Source: Octopus vulgaris (taxonomy: Eukaryota). From it: 64,000 nucleotides of DNA. The stretch covers positions 66,650,001 to 66,714,000 of the forward strand of contig OX597826.1 in NCBI GenBank assembly GCA_951406725.2, written 5' to 3'. Made by a program: the position numbers and the translations under genes. Of the stretch, positions 41,680-56,487 are shown in pieces; position 1 is the first letter of the stretch, and each line of letters opens with the position of its first letter. Below the pieces are notes generated by a model. That model saw only the letters and a program-made list of their open reading frames with translations. It searched no databases and had not been told where the DNA came from.

Positions 41680-42740
41680 TTTCAAATTTTGGCACAAGGC
41701 TAGCAATTTAGGAGGGAAGGAGCGAGTCGATTACCCCGCCCCCACCGCCAGTGCTAATCAGATACTGATTTTATCGACCCCCCAAAAGGATGAAGGGTGA
41801 AGTCAACATCGGCAGGATTTGAACTCAAAGCATGAAGACTTATGAGATGCCAGCTAAGCATGTTCTTTTTTACTCTAGGCACAAGGCCCGAAATTTTCGG
41901 GAAGTGGGGGCCAATCAATTAGATCGACCCCAGTACGCAACTGGTACTTAATTTATCGACCCCAAAAGATAAAAGGCCAAGTTGACCTCGACAGAATTTG
42001 AACTCAGACCGAAAAGACAGACGAAATACCGCTAAGAATTTCGCCCGGTGTGCTAACGTTTCTTATTTCTTTATTGCCCACAAGGGGCTAAATACAGAGA
42101 GGACAAACAAGAACAGACAGAGGGATTAAGTTGATTATATCGACCCCAGTGCGTAACTGGTACTTATTTAATCGACCCCAAATGATGAAAGGCCAAGTCG
42201 ACCTCGGTGGAATTAGAACACAGAATGAAAAGACAGACGAAATACCTATTTCTTTACTACCCACAAGGGGCTAAACACAGAGAGGACAAACAAGGATAGA
42301 CACGTAAATTAAGTACCAGTTGCGTCCTGGGGTTGATCTAATCGACTGGCTACCTCCCCCAAAATTTCGGGCCTTGTGCTTAGAGTAGAAAAGAATATAT
42401 TAGCATGTATCAAGGCAGCGAGCTGGCAGAAACGTTAGCACACCAGGCGAGATGCTTAGCGGTAAAATAAGTACCTCTCAAATATATGTACCTCGATAAA
42501 ATAAGTAACTCTCGAATACTGAGATCGACGTAATCGACTTATTCCCTTTCCCGGACGTGCTGGCATTGTGCTAAAATTTGAAAGTAACATTTATCCTTTG
42601 CAGGCAGCGAGCTGGCAGAATCGTTGGCACGTAGGGCAAAAAGTAGGACAAAATAAGTACCAGTTGAGTACTGAGGTTGATGTAATCGGTTTACTCCTTT
42701 CCCGAAAATGCTGGCTTTGTGCCAAAATTTGAAAAAATAT
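41680..42740. mobile_element. Dense cluster of SINE family B copies on both strands
   Basis: Repeated Meta-domain cores and both tail types. Confidence 0.85.
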
Positions 42741-43008
42741 TCTACTCTAATGTTAATGAAATAGCGTCAAGCGAAGATCGAAACCAGGACCAAAGTCTCT
42801 GAATTATTCCACTGGAATATCTCATTTTAGCTCATGTTACTTAAGTTCGCTGTTTCATTGTGGATGGAATTTCTAGTCAGGGGAGGGGCTGAGAAAGAAA
42901 GCAAGAAAAGAAGAAAGAGAGAAGGAGAGGAGCGAGAGAGAGAGAAAGAGAGAGAGAAGGAGAGAAGTAAGAGGAGGTGTGAGTAAGGGAGACATTCCTG
43001 GTGTTCAC

Positions 43009-43164
43009 CCTAGTGAATATAGTTTTGACCCCACCCAGAATGTTATACACGTTGTCACTTCGTCGTCGCGTGCAGGTTTCGTGAGTGGCGAGAGGGCGTG
43101 TGTTAATGAACCGACAGACATCGTCCTGTTGCGTGCTCCGGCCTCGGTGACTCAGGTCACATTC
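43009..43164 (-). CDS. Putative internal coding exon (phase 0-0, 52 aa: ECDLSHRGRSTQQDDVCRFINTRPLATHETCTRRRSDNVYNILGGVKTIFTR), unknown protein, paralogue A
   Basis: Acceptor ...cctgtcgaag| and donor AGG|gtgaac. 156 nt, and only frame 0 is open. Conserved without indels against the copy at 59744-59899. Confidence 0.6.
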
Positions 43165-43850
43165 CTTCGACAGGGGTAGATGAGAGCACAAGAGCAACCG
43201 CAACGCCAACAACAACAACATCAACGACACAATCGACGGCTGTGACGACGACGAACACGACGGCGATATCAACAACAATGATAACATCCAAAAGAACAGC
43301 AACAAGGACAAGAAGAACACGACAACGAAAACAACAACAACAACAAAAGCACGGTAATTATAAGAAGATGAAGAGCAACAATGATGTCCTTGAAGATAAC
43401 AGAAGACGAGCTACAATAACAAGAACAAGAACGAGAAAAAGCAACGAAAACGACAACAACAAAATAATACAAAGTAATAAAATCAATTATGAACAGCAGC
43501 GTATAAAATGACAGATTTCAGCGACAAGATTGAAAAGAAAGATCAACAACAACAACAACAACAACAACAACAGCAAAAACAAAAACAACAATAACAACGA
43601 CAACAGCAACAACAACGACAACAGCAACAGCAACAACAACGGTACCATCAGCGCCGTCCCCATCACTTCCAGTTAACGACAGCCTGTACCGTAACATCAG
43701 CCTTGCTACCACCACTGCAGACCATCTCCAACACCACCACCACCAGCACCACCACCAGTACCGCCATTACAACAATGGTCATCACTACCATCACCAACAC
43801 CACTGCAACTACCAGCACCACTATCATCACCACTAACACCGTCCTACCAA

Positions 43851-43885
<35 letters not shown>

Positions 43886-43953
43886 TAACAAATGCTATTA
43901 CTATTACAACAGCAGCAGCAACAACAACAACTACTACTACTATTACAACAACA

Positions 43954-44006
<53 letters not shown>

Positions 44007-44761
44007 CACTACTACTACTACCACTACTACTACGTAAAATATATTTGCTCGTCTCCCACTTTCATATAAAAAACGCCAAACCTCATAACCCTCACTAATG
44101 TCCACTCTGTCACAACCCTATTTGTCACCCTGTCTGACACAATAGTCAAATCTCCCTCATATCATACCCTATCGTCTTATAATGAAGCTTTCGAAAAATG
44201 TAGAACACCGTTCCTTGCGCATAGAATAAATCAAGGATCATTCCTGTATGGCTGCCACTTTCCAATTTCTTCAATTTTCGTTCCAATTGATTTCATCTTT
44301 GCTGTATTGGTGTAGTTTTCTACAGTAATCGTGACATGAAATTCATTTTCACCACAAATCAATAAATAAAAATGTTAATAGTTTTTTTAAAATTTGGGTA
44401 ATTTTAGCCAATCGAAAGCCACAGACATATTAGGTGCTTGTTTCCATAGTAATAAGCCAAGCAGTTACCAAGCAGCTTATCGCGTGTTCTTTTTCTCCCT
44501 TATTAATTACTTAAAACACACGCGGTATGTGGTGGTCATAAGGTGTGCAAAATTAATAATTTCTTATTCTAAGATAAGGCCATCAATTTTGAGGGAAGGG
44601 GTTTAATCGATTACATCGTCCCCAGTCCTTGATTGGTATTTTTTTAGCGACCCCGAAAGGCTAAAAGGCAAAAATTAATCTCGGTGGTAGTTGAACTCAG
44701 AGCGTAAAGAGTCCACCACTGCCAGAATAAAGTAATAATCCTTTTTACGATACGTACATAT

Positions 44762-45098
44762 GAAGGTGCATGGCACAGTGGTTAGAGCGTCGAGCTCACA
44801 ATCATAAGGTAGAGACACCACCCAGGACGGGGTGGTGTATTGTGTTCTTGAGCAAGACACTTTATTTTACGCTACTCTAGTTCACTCAGCTGTGGAAATG
44901 AGTTGCGACGGCATTGGTACCAAGTTGTATCGGCCTTTGTCTTTCCCTTGGATAACACCAGTGGCGTGGAGAAGTTATGTTAGTATGGATGGGCGACTGC
45001 TGGTCTTCCATAAAACAACCTTGTCTGGACTTGTGCCTCGGAGGAGAACTTTCTAGGTGCAATCCCATAGTCATTCATGACCAAAGTGGTTCTTTACA
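44762..45098 (+). mobile_element. SINE family C head and CORE-like domain with a different 3' tail
   Basis: GGCACAGTGGTTAG...TGTGTTCTTGAGCAAGACACTTTATTT...CACTCAGCTG. Confidence 0.7.
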
Positions 45099-45501
45099 AT
45101 TTTATTATAAGCATGAAGCCTAGAATTTGTGCGAGGAGGAGAATAAGTTATTACCTCGAGCCCAGCGCTTGACTGCTATGTATTTCATCGACCCCCGAAC
45201 GGGGAATTTCAGTTTTTATAAAAATGTATATTATTTGATTCTCTATCTGAATAATGTCTAAGATATATCATACATGTTTTTTTTCCATGCATAATTTTCT
45301 AACCCCTATTAGCAAATGAAACACGTGTAATGGTGAATAAATAATATTCAAAAATTTTCCAATTTCTTCTTTTGATATGTAATTACTTTGCAAATACCAT
45401 TTTCCAATATATTTCAACTCTTACTCATGCCTCACACAATTATAGCATCATCTACACCTGTTCCCTCACCTGTCACTGTCTTTTGTTTTATGTGAATTTG
45501 G

Positions 45502-46250
<749 letters not shown>

Positions 46251-46513
46251 ATTATATTATTGCTCTAAACCTGATTTATCTTCACTTTTATTGAATTTTC
46301 TGTCTATCGCTTTGCACAAAAGAAATATTTTCCATATAATTCCGAAATATTTATTTCAATATCAGTTTGCTTATGAGATGTAGCTGCAAGCTCATTGTTC
46401 AACCCGGCTTCATTTCACGAAAGAAAGAGCGGCTCTGAGTTCACTTCCATGGCCTTTCTCATTGCGCAGAGCAGCCGTTTTACAGATGGAGAGACAGAGA
46501 GAGAGAGGAAGAA

Positions 46514-46566
<53 letters not shown>

Positions 46567-46755
46567 AAGAGAGACAAGTATCGACTCCCCTAATTAGCTG
46601 TTTATTTGTTTAACGATATCAAAAAGAAAAAAAATGCGAAGTTCTTCACGTTGATGGTATTTGAACTCAGAGCCGCAGAATTAGAATGTTTTCCGACATT
46701 CTGACTACTCCAACATTTCGCCTTACGTACGTACATACATACATACATACATACA

Positions 46756-46787
<32 letters not shown>

Positions 46788-46788
46788 A

Positions 46789-47012
46789 TCTTTTACTCTT
46801 TTATTTGTTTCAGTCATTTGACTGTGGCCATGCTGGAGCACCGACTTTAGTCGAGCAAATCGTCCCCAGGACTTATTCTTTGTGAGCTTAGTACTTATTC
46901 TATCGGTCTCTTTTGCCGAACCGCTAAGTTACGGGGACGTAAAGACACCAGCATTGGTTGTCAATCGATGTTGGGGGGACAAACACAGACACGCAAACAT
47001 ATACACACACAC

Positions 47013-47084
<72 letters not shown>

Positions 47085-47547
47085 TACGGGTTTCTTTCAG
47101 TTTCCGTCTACCAAATCCATTCACAAAGCTTTGGTCGGCCCGAGGCTATAGTAGAAGACACTTGCTCAAGGTGCCACGCAGTGGGACTGAACCCGGAGCC
47201 ATGTGGTTGGTAAGCAAGCTTCTATGCCTATATATCACTTTCACGCCTATATGTACAAACATACACACATGCCTATGAGTGAGCGTGCCTGTGCCAATGC
47301 AGGAAACTCTCGGCCTCGGTTGTCAAGCGATGTTGGGGTGACAAACACAGACACACATGCATATACACACAGACTCAAATACACACAGAGTTCAAATTCC
47401 GCCGAGGTCGACTTTACCATTCATCCTTTCGGGGTCGATAAATAAAGTACCAGTTTCGCACTGGGTGGGGGGTCGATGTAATCGACTTAATCCCTTTGTC
47501 TGTCTTTGTTTGTCCCCTCTATGTTTAGCCCCTTGTGGGCAGTAAAG

Positions 47548-47580
<33 letters not shown>

Positions 47581-47742
47581 ACGGGTTTCTTTCAGTTTCC
47601 GTCTACCAAATCCACTCACAAGGCTTTGCTCGGCCCGAGGCTATAGTAGAAGACATTTGCCCAAGGTGCCACGCAGTGGGACTGAACCCGGAAGCATGTG
47701 GTTCGTAAGCAAGCTACTTACCACAAAGCCACTCCTACGCCT
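46789..47742 (-). mobile_element. SINE family A copies (46789-47230; 47315-47742) with a family B copy (47388-47550, plus) inside the second
   Basis: Modules match the other copies. The family B copy sits within the internal microsatellite of the family A copy. Confidence 0.8.
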
Positions 47743-48098
47743 TTTTATGTTGAAAAACAAACAAAATCTTATTCTGTACAAAATTGTATAATACCATTAT
47801 CATTATGACTCTAATATACTCGTTAATCCTATAAAACAAATCTGTGCTTTTTCATCTTTTCTCTTTCTGTGTTCAACCATGAAAAAAAATATGTGTGTGT
47901 GTGTGTATGTGTGTGTGTGTTCTACGTGTTCGCTTTGCTGAAATTGCTTCGATGGATGTTGCCTACTTTCGTGTGTAGTTCTTACAAAACACGAGTGTAG
48001 AATTTCATATCTTTTTACTTAATATTCTGCACTACATATTTTTCGACTCTTGGTCGCTTTGGAGTGTATGCATATGTGTGTGCTTACATGTGTGTGTA

Positions 48099-48130
<32 letters not shown>

Positions 48131-49419
48131 GTGTGTGCGTGCAAAATCAAATACTACGAATGGCGTGTAGAATAATTAAAGAAAGGAATAAAAATAGTCA
48201 AAGATAAACTAATTTCGTCATCCAACATTTTATCTAGAATCATTACGATTTCAGCTCTTAGAAAATGAAAACTTATCATTTGTCTGGAAAACACTTAGGC
48301 TGATCGAAAATATATCTAATGACTAGAAACACGCAGAACAGAGACAAATGACTGGTACGGAATGCAAGAACAAAAATACAATGTATAAGTGGTGTCTTTC
48401 GACTAAAGACAGAGAAAATGTAAAAGACGTTCGCCTGCGTAGCACCTGAACAGAGAGAAATATTGGACACGTATGGACAGCGCGTCACTCACAAGACAAA
48501 AGGCTGACATGAAGGAGTGTTGGATATCAGCAAGAGTAGGTGACATGAAAGGAAGTGAGAGAGAGGGAGGGAGGGAGGGAGAGATAGAGAGAAATGGGAG
48601 AGAGAGAGAGGGGTGAGAGAGGAGAAAGAGTGAGTGAGAGGTTAGGGGAAAGAGAAGAGAGAAAGATAATGAGAGAGAGAGAGAGAGGGAGAGAGGAAGA
48701 GAGAAAAAGGAAGGAGACAAAAGAAATGAAGAATGAGATAGAGTTTTTGAAAGCGCAATAAGAGAAAATATTAATTTCGGTGAAAAATATGGCTGCGTTT
48801 GATAGAAGCGAAAAGCAAAATAATAACGATGTACGACAATTAAAGGAAAGGATGGAAAAGAGAGATATATAAACCCAGTTCATTAAGCAGCTGTTGTGAT
48901 TTTGGCGCTTGATAGACACGTACACACACGCACACGTAAGTGGACACGCGCATATATGCCCACGCACAGACAGAGAAATATAGGTGTATCAAATGCCATA
49001 CAATATAAATTCCTGGTTTATTAACGTTATCTCCTCTTGTAGAGTATGTATCACAGTACCCGAATGATAATTGGGACAGCTTTACTTGTGTAGAGGGAAT
49101 AATCTTATGATTCAAGTATTCCATTCCCCAGAGTTTACAAGCCTTAAGGAAAAAGACAGGTTTTTTTTTGTCCGGAGATAAGATGGACACGTGTTTCTGG
49201 TTTAAGAGCACGACAACTGTCCAACCCTATCACCAGTGTCCAAGGGACTTAGGTTCGTACTAAAAAGAATAACAAATATTTATGGCACAGGTAATTTGCA
49301 TAATTTAAACAGATTTGAGTCAGAGATACAACTCAGAGTGGTCGGTAGCATGTATTTGAACAACGGTGTTACTTTGGCGTGTGATCTACAAGGGAGATTA
49401 CTTTAGCCTCGACCCGATC

Positions 49420-49476
49420 AAAGGCCTTGTGAGTGGATTTGGTAGACAGAACCTGCAAGACGTTCGTCGCATATAC

Positions 49477-49508
<32 letters not shown>

Positions 49509-49531
49509 GCACATACACACACACGCACGCG

Positions 49532-49581
<50 letters not shown>

Positions 49582-49582
49582 C

Positions 49583-49620
<38 letters not shown>

Positions 49621-49876
49621 ATGTATGTGTATGGATGTATGTATGTGTGTGTCTTTGTGTCTGTGTTTGTCCACCACCAACACCACCACCGCTTGTAAAC
49701 TGGGGTTGGTGTGTTTACGTCCCCGTAACAGCGTTTCAGTAAAAGAGAATGATAGAATAAGTACCAGATTTTGAAATAAGTACTGGGTGGGGGTTCGATC
49801 CGATTGACCGAAATACTTCACGGCCCTACCAGCATAACCGCAGTCTGATGGCTGAAAGATTTGTAAAGAGTAAAAG
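49420..49876 (+). mobile_element. Older diverged SINE family A copy
   Basis: Recognisable body and tail modules. Confidence 0.7.
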
Positions 49877-50047
49877 ACGTCGAACCATACATTTGTCATA
49901 TACTGTGTTAACAATTACACGTATAGGTGTCTAATCGACTTAACCATTGAATTTATTACCAATAAACGTCACATTGGTTAGTATAAAGCATTTTTGTAGC
50001 CACTTAACTACAAGTGGATAGATCACAACATTGTTTAATGCAGTCTA

Positions 50048-50632
50048 TTCTTTTCTACTCTAGGTACCAGGCCTTGAAATTTGGTGGGAGACGGCAAGTT
50101 GATTAGATCGATCCAAGTACGCAACTGGTACTTAATTTATTAACTCCTAAAAGAGGAAAGGCAAAGTCGACCTCGGCGGTATTTGAATTCGGAACGTAAA
50201 GACAAACGAAATACCTATTTCTTTACTACCCATAAGGGGCTAAACACAGAGAGGACAAACAAGGACAGACAAACGGATTAAGTCGATTATATCGACCCCA
50301 GTGCGTAACTGGTACTTAATTTATCAACCCCGAAAGGATGAAAGGCAAAGTCGACCCCGGCGGAATTTGAACTCAGAACGTAGCGGCAGACAAAATACCT
50401 ATTTCTTTACTACCCACAAGGGGCAAAACACAGAGAGGACAAAGAAGGACAGACAAACGGAATACGTCGATTATATCGACCCCAGTGCGCAACTGGTACT
50501 TAGTGTATCGACCCCTAAAAGAGGAAAAGCAAAGTCGACCTCGGCAGAACTTGAACTCTGAACGTAAAGACTGACGAAATACGGCTAAGCATTTCGCCAG
50601 GCGTGCTAACGTTTCTGCCACCTCGCCGCCTT
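50048..50632 (-). mobile_element. Trimeric SINE family B array
   Basis: One head, three cores, two AAAGAAATA|GGTATTT junctions. Confidence 0.85.
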
Positions 50633-51698
50633 TTTAATGCTGTCTATTATCACAAGGATGCTTCTGTATGTTCGTGACTGAAACGAACTCAGATTAAAGG
50701 GGTCTGCACAAAAAAGGGTACACAGCTGAAAATCGAAAAAGAAAAAGAAAAGATGCAATGAAAAAGAATGAAATGGAAAAAAGAAATGCAAAGAACATTC
50801 CTCTCATATCAAGCAACTGTATACACACCCCGGTATGTACATACATATATATATATATACATACACATACATACATGTACATACATACATAAATACACAC
50901 ACATACATACATATATCTACATACATACATCTACATACATACATCTACACACATACATATATACATACATACATGCATACTTACATACATATACACACAC
51001 ATACAAACATACATACATACATACATACATACATACATACATACATACATACATACATACATACATACGTACATATATACATACGTACGTACAAAAATAC
51101 CCTGTTCCGGATGTTGAAGTTCCAATGAAGAAGCCTTGAATCAAGGTTAGAAACCGGCTCTTTCTTTATTAGCAAGAAATCTTGAAATAAAACTGAATAA
51201 TGACACACACACACATATACATACACACACATACATACATACATACATACATACATACATACATACATACATTCATACATACATACATACATACATACAT
51301 ACATGCATACATCAGAGTAATGGGTTACTCATGAAGATTAATAAAATCCGAAACCAGAGTTGCTATGACTCCATTACGCTTTCCGTATGGAGGTTGTCTC
51401 CCTTGTCAGTCGTTAGAAAAATAGTTCCACGCGACAGAGTTGCTTTGACTCTCATTTCTAGCAATCCTGGTGCTGACTAGCAGTCTGCGTCACTTTAGTG
51501 ACACCTATACTTGTTGCCTTTCGGTTGTAAATTGCTGCCAGTGGCCACCTTAATAATTTATAAATATATATATTTATTTACACACCCACCACACACATAT
51601 ATATATAAAATCAAATAAGGGTAGAAACTAATATTAATCAATTTAAAACCAGTTGCTTAGCATATTTTAAAAAGCCCGAAGATTAAAAATTGCGCTAC

Positions 51699-51943
51699 AT
51701 ATAAAATTTAGAGGACAGATCACTAAAAGTGGACAGCCTATTATGCTAAACATAGACGTCAAATCGCCATTACCATGAAGAATGTGTTCTCAAGAAAAAT
51801 CTCAGCCAAAAAACATTTTTACATTTTGTTTTTTGCTGAGATTTTTCTTGAGAACACGTTCTTCGTCGTAATGGCGATTTGACGCCTATGTTTAGCATAT
51901 AGGCTGTCCACTTTTAGTGGTCAGTCACCTAAATGTTGTATAT
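51699..51943. repeat. About 115-bp-arm inverted repeat (fold-back)
   Basis: 51699-51815 is the imperfect reverse complement of 51827-51943. Confidence 0.9.
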
Positions 51944-51961
51944 CTATATATATATATTTTG

Positions 51962-52349
51962 GATTGGAAGCACTCCGTCGGTTACGGCGATGAGAGTTCC
52001 GGTTGATCCGAATCAACGGAACAGCCTGCTCGTGAAATTAACGTGTAAGTGGCTGAGCACTCCACAGACACGTGTACCCTTAACGTAGTTCTCGGGGATA
52101 TTCAGCGTGACACAGAGAGTGACAAGGCCGGCCCTTTGAAATACAGGTACAACAGAAACAGGAAGTAAGAGTGAGAGAAAGTTGTGGTGAAAGAGTACAG
52201 CAGGGATCACCACCATCCCCTGCCGGAGCCTCGTGGAGCTTTTAGGTGTTTTCGCTCAATAAACACTCACAACGCCCGGTCTGGGAATCGAAACCGCGAT
52301 CCTATGACCGCGAGTCTGCTGCCCTAACCACTGGGCAATTGCGCCTCCA
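51962..52349 (-). mobile_element. tRNA-derived SINE family D, full length
   Basis: Head GGAGGCGCAATTGCCCAGTGGTTAGGGCAGCAGACTCGCGG...GGTTTCGATTCCC. Tail shared with 19464-19790. Confidence 0.85.
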
Positions 52350-52561
52350 TATATATATTTACACACACACACAAGACTTACATCCAAGAGCACCTTTGTA
52401 TTTTCTAAGTTTGGATTAGCTAGAGTTGTTATCTCCCTTGCGTTTTGAAGTTAGATGTTAAACACGTTACAGGGAATATCTGTCATATAACTTCAAGAAT
52501 AATCTTAATTGATCGAGGTTTTTCAACTCACTCTATTTCATTCGCAACCCTCTGACGTACG

Positions 52562-52592
<31 letters not shown>

Positions 52593-52633
52593 TTACACAC
52601 ATCTCTGTGTTTGTGTGAGTGTGTGGATGTATG

Positions 52634-52679
<46 letters not shown>

Positions 52680-52684
52680 TATAC

Positions 52685-52746
<62 letters not shown>

Positions 52747-53031
52747 CACACAGATATGTGCGTGTGTGTTCTTCTGTGTGCGTGTGTAGAAAGATAGAAA
52801 GGTATCTACTTATTGATTATACACACACAGCGAGAATCATTTTATGTGTAAGCGTAAAGACACACAAACACACAGACATACACATACACACACATACACA
52901 CACACAAACACATCACACAATCACATATACACGTACACACATATTTATATACATTCATGTAGGTTTATGAATGTATGCATGTATTCATGTCATTATGTAT
53001 ATAATTATATATATATATATATATATACATA

Positions 53032-53089
<58 letters not shown>

Positions 53090-53182
53090 TATATTATATA
53101 TAATTATTATATATATATATACATAGAGATAGAGAGAGAAAGAGAAAGGAAGAGATATTGCTATATATATGCATATATCAAT

Positions 53183-53257
<75 letters not shown>

Positions 53258-54348
53258 CTTACAACTAATTGTACGAGAGCATTCATTTACAAATTCCAGT
53301 TTGCGTATACACCTTTATACACCAATAAGTAAGCAGATGGATGCACGTATATAAATGTAAGTGTATGCATCTGCAAGTATGTATAAATACAATATGTACA
53401 TGTAAGTATTCACTTGGAAGTATGCACCACAGCTTTATACCTCAATGAAGATGGCATTTATTTCAAACCTGTTTGATCTCCTCCGACAATATGATATTAC
53501 TCTTAGAAAACCGATTTGCTGTGTTCATCTGTCATAATACGATATTTCAGATTAAAAGAGGTTTAATACCGTTAATACATTCAATATTACTTGCATAATC
53601 CATTATTTCTGGCAGCAATCTTTTAATTCTTTGAAGCAAAATAATATTTTTATGACGTCCGCTTATATCTTTTAATTTTATTTTTCATAACATATTCTTA
53701 TTATTTCCGCCATTTTCCACTTTTCTTCGCCTTTTTCCGTCCTTCTCCGCCTTTCTCATATTTTCGTATTTCTCCTTCGCTTTTAAAGTTCTATTTTTTT
53801 CTCAAAGCTTTTCCTTGTATTAATATATTTTATCCTTTCCTATCAGTTTTTTTCTTCTCTCTTACATAACGCATTTAGCAGGCGCATCTTAATTTTCTAC
53901 GCTGACCATCACCGAATTTATCTCACTTTTACTGTATCCTCTTCAACATTACCCGCTTCCCACCCTAATATTCCTATGTTCATTGGCGTTTCTCTATCTT
54001 CGTGTAATTTTTTTCTCTGACTATTTATTTCTTCGAGTTCTTTCTACTTTTCCTTTTTAATGTTTCTCTTATTCCTTTTTATCAACTTTGTGCATTCCTT
54101 ATTTGTGGACATTTTCCATAGTCTTCATCGATTTTCTCTATATTTCATTGGCTTCTCCCAGTATTTCTTCTGCTTCCTACGTCTTTCCTATGGCTTTCGC
54201 AGCATTCTTCGGCATTCTTCGGCTTTCGAACCCTTCTGCTTGTAATTCCTCACTTTCATAGCTTCGATATTTCCTTATTTAATTCATACCTTTCCTTTTT
54301 GTTCGTGTTCTTTCTCTCGTTCTGTTGGTCGTCGTTGTTCTTGTTGTT

Positions 54349-54398
<50 letters not shown>

Positions 54399-54894
54399 GC
54401 TGTTTCTTGTTGTTTGGCAGAGATCGTTCCGGAACAGAGTGAAGACATGACCCAAGACATTCCTGTCGTAACCACCTCGTTTAGTTAATAGTTATCAGGG
54501 CACTATCCAAATGTATGCTTTCCTGTTCATAGACATTAGGCTACCATTTGACGGAGATTTGGCTGCTGTTTCTAACACGTCGAATGAACACATAAACATT
54601 CTCCTTTTTTTTTTACTCCCTTTTTATCGGGTATTGTTGTAATGTGTCATGACGGTTATACCTTTTGCTTTAATGGTTAATGGTTATGATACTGGTGGAG
54701 TTGTTAGTGGTGGTTGTCGTCTTTGCAACGATTGTGATATTGTGGTGTTGTGGTGGGCCAGTGTATATTTCGACAATGGAAGAGGTGTTCTGTGTGGTGG
54801 CTGTTAGTCGTTCTAATGTTGAATTTGCGCTTGTTAAGCTCCAGTTATGTCCACACGGTCAAAAGAGTTCAAGCCGTGATCATGTCAGACTCAA

Positions 54895-55240
54895 TAGACG
54901 AGGGTTCCAGTTGACCTGATCAACAGAATAACCTGCTAATGGAATTAACGTGCAAGTGGCTGAGTATTCCACAGACACCTGTACCATTAACGTAGTTCTC
55001 TGGGAGATTCAGTGTGACGCAGAGTGTGACACGGCTAAAATACAGAAACAGGAAGAAAGAGTGAGAGGAAGTTGTGGTGAAATAATACAGCAGAGTTCAC
55101 CACCACCCTCTGCCGGAGACTCGTGGAGCTTTAGGTATTTTCGCTCAATAAACACTCACAACGCCCAGTCTGGCTATCGAAACCACGATCCTATGACCGC
55201 GAGTCCGCTGCCCTAACCACTGGGCCATTGCGTCTCCACA
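54895..55240 (-). mobile_element. SINE family D copy
   Basis: Collinear with 51962-52349. Confidence 0.8.
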
Positions 55241-56419
55241 GACTAAATATATTTAATACTACATTATTCTTTTTAAAGAGAGTATGCTGTAATTCGAAGA
55301 AAAAATTGGCTGCTATTTCTTACAGTTTCGTGTTTCTATGTGTAAGTCTCTTGAGGTTCGTCAGAAGTATTTCTGTAATTGTCTTATTTTCTATGAGATT
55401 TTAAGAAAAGCAATGCAATACAGTTACACGTAGCTTCCCAAGTGGTGACAGCTATTACAAGGGAGATAATCATTTCTTCGTAATATGAAGCGGGATTAGT
55501 ATTTTGAAAAAATACGAGAAAGAAATGCATAAAATGCAGGTATATAAATATTTTTTGTTCACGTATTTTGAAGTCCTTAAAATCTCTAGCTAATGATAAA
55601 CTTGTGTACCACTATTTCATTCTTTTTAGAAATCGTCAGAATGGTGTTACCTGCGTATTATACAATACAGTAAATTACAATACAAAGCAATACCACACAA
55701 TACAGTGCAATACGATATAATATGGCACAATACGGTCCATTAGAATCGTCCATAATGTTTTCTCTCTCCGGTAACCACATATGGCTTAATAGCAGAAAAT
55801 GATTTTTTTCTTCGAATAAATGAAGAAATTTCGTTGTAATTTTGTGGAACTGTAGACAAAACATGCTAGTACATCCATGGCTGTAGGTATTCGTCTCAAA
55901 ATTTGGCAAAAGACCAAAAGTTTCGAGGTGGGGGTAGGGTTAAGTCGTTTACATGAACCCCAATGTTCAACTAGTACTTTATTGAAAGGCAAAACCAACC
56001 TCGGCGAAATTTGAACTCAGAACGTAAAGACGTACAACATGACTGTAAATGTTGCAGGATATTTTTGGTAGATTAGTGGAGTAGTTCTTCTCTAGCATTT
56101 TCTTTTTTTTCTTTTCTTGTCTTTCTTGTTTCTCCCAGTTCGAGCATACAACATTCGCCTCCAACTTAATAGCTTTTTTGTCATCGCTTGTGGTCATTCG
56201 GTGTCTTCTCATATTGGCATTCAAGCCATGTGTTTCGATGAAATGTCTCCTGATGGCATCTTTATGAGAACATTTCTAGCTTTCATATCCTAGCTCATTG
56301 TGAAACAAAAAGGGAAAAAAAAAGAGAAAATCCATTTTCTACTGACAAGTCATATGCGTTTACTAACGACTGGAAGGGAAGAAAAACGGGGAGAAAGAAC
56401 GAAAAAGAAAGGAAGAGAG

Positions 56420-56487
<68 letters not shown>

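Noticed and set aside
42979-43179. Antisense ORF (…YSFDPTQNV…) conserved with 59726-59935
   Set aside because: It is the codon-aligned reverse complement of the proposed exon, and the splice signals support the other strand.
46395-46490. KSGSEFTS as a sulfotransferase 5'-PSB motif upstream of exon B
   Set aside because: No splice sites and no following FEP motif; likely chance.
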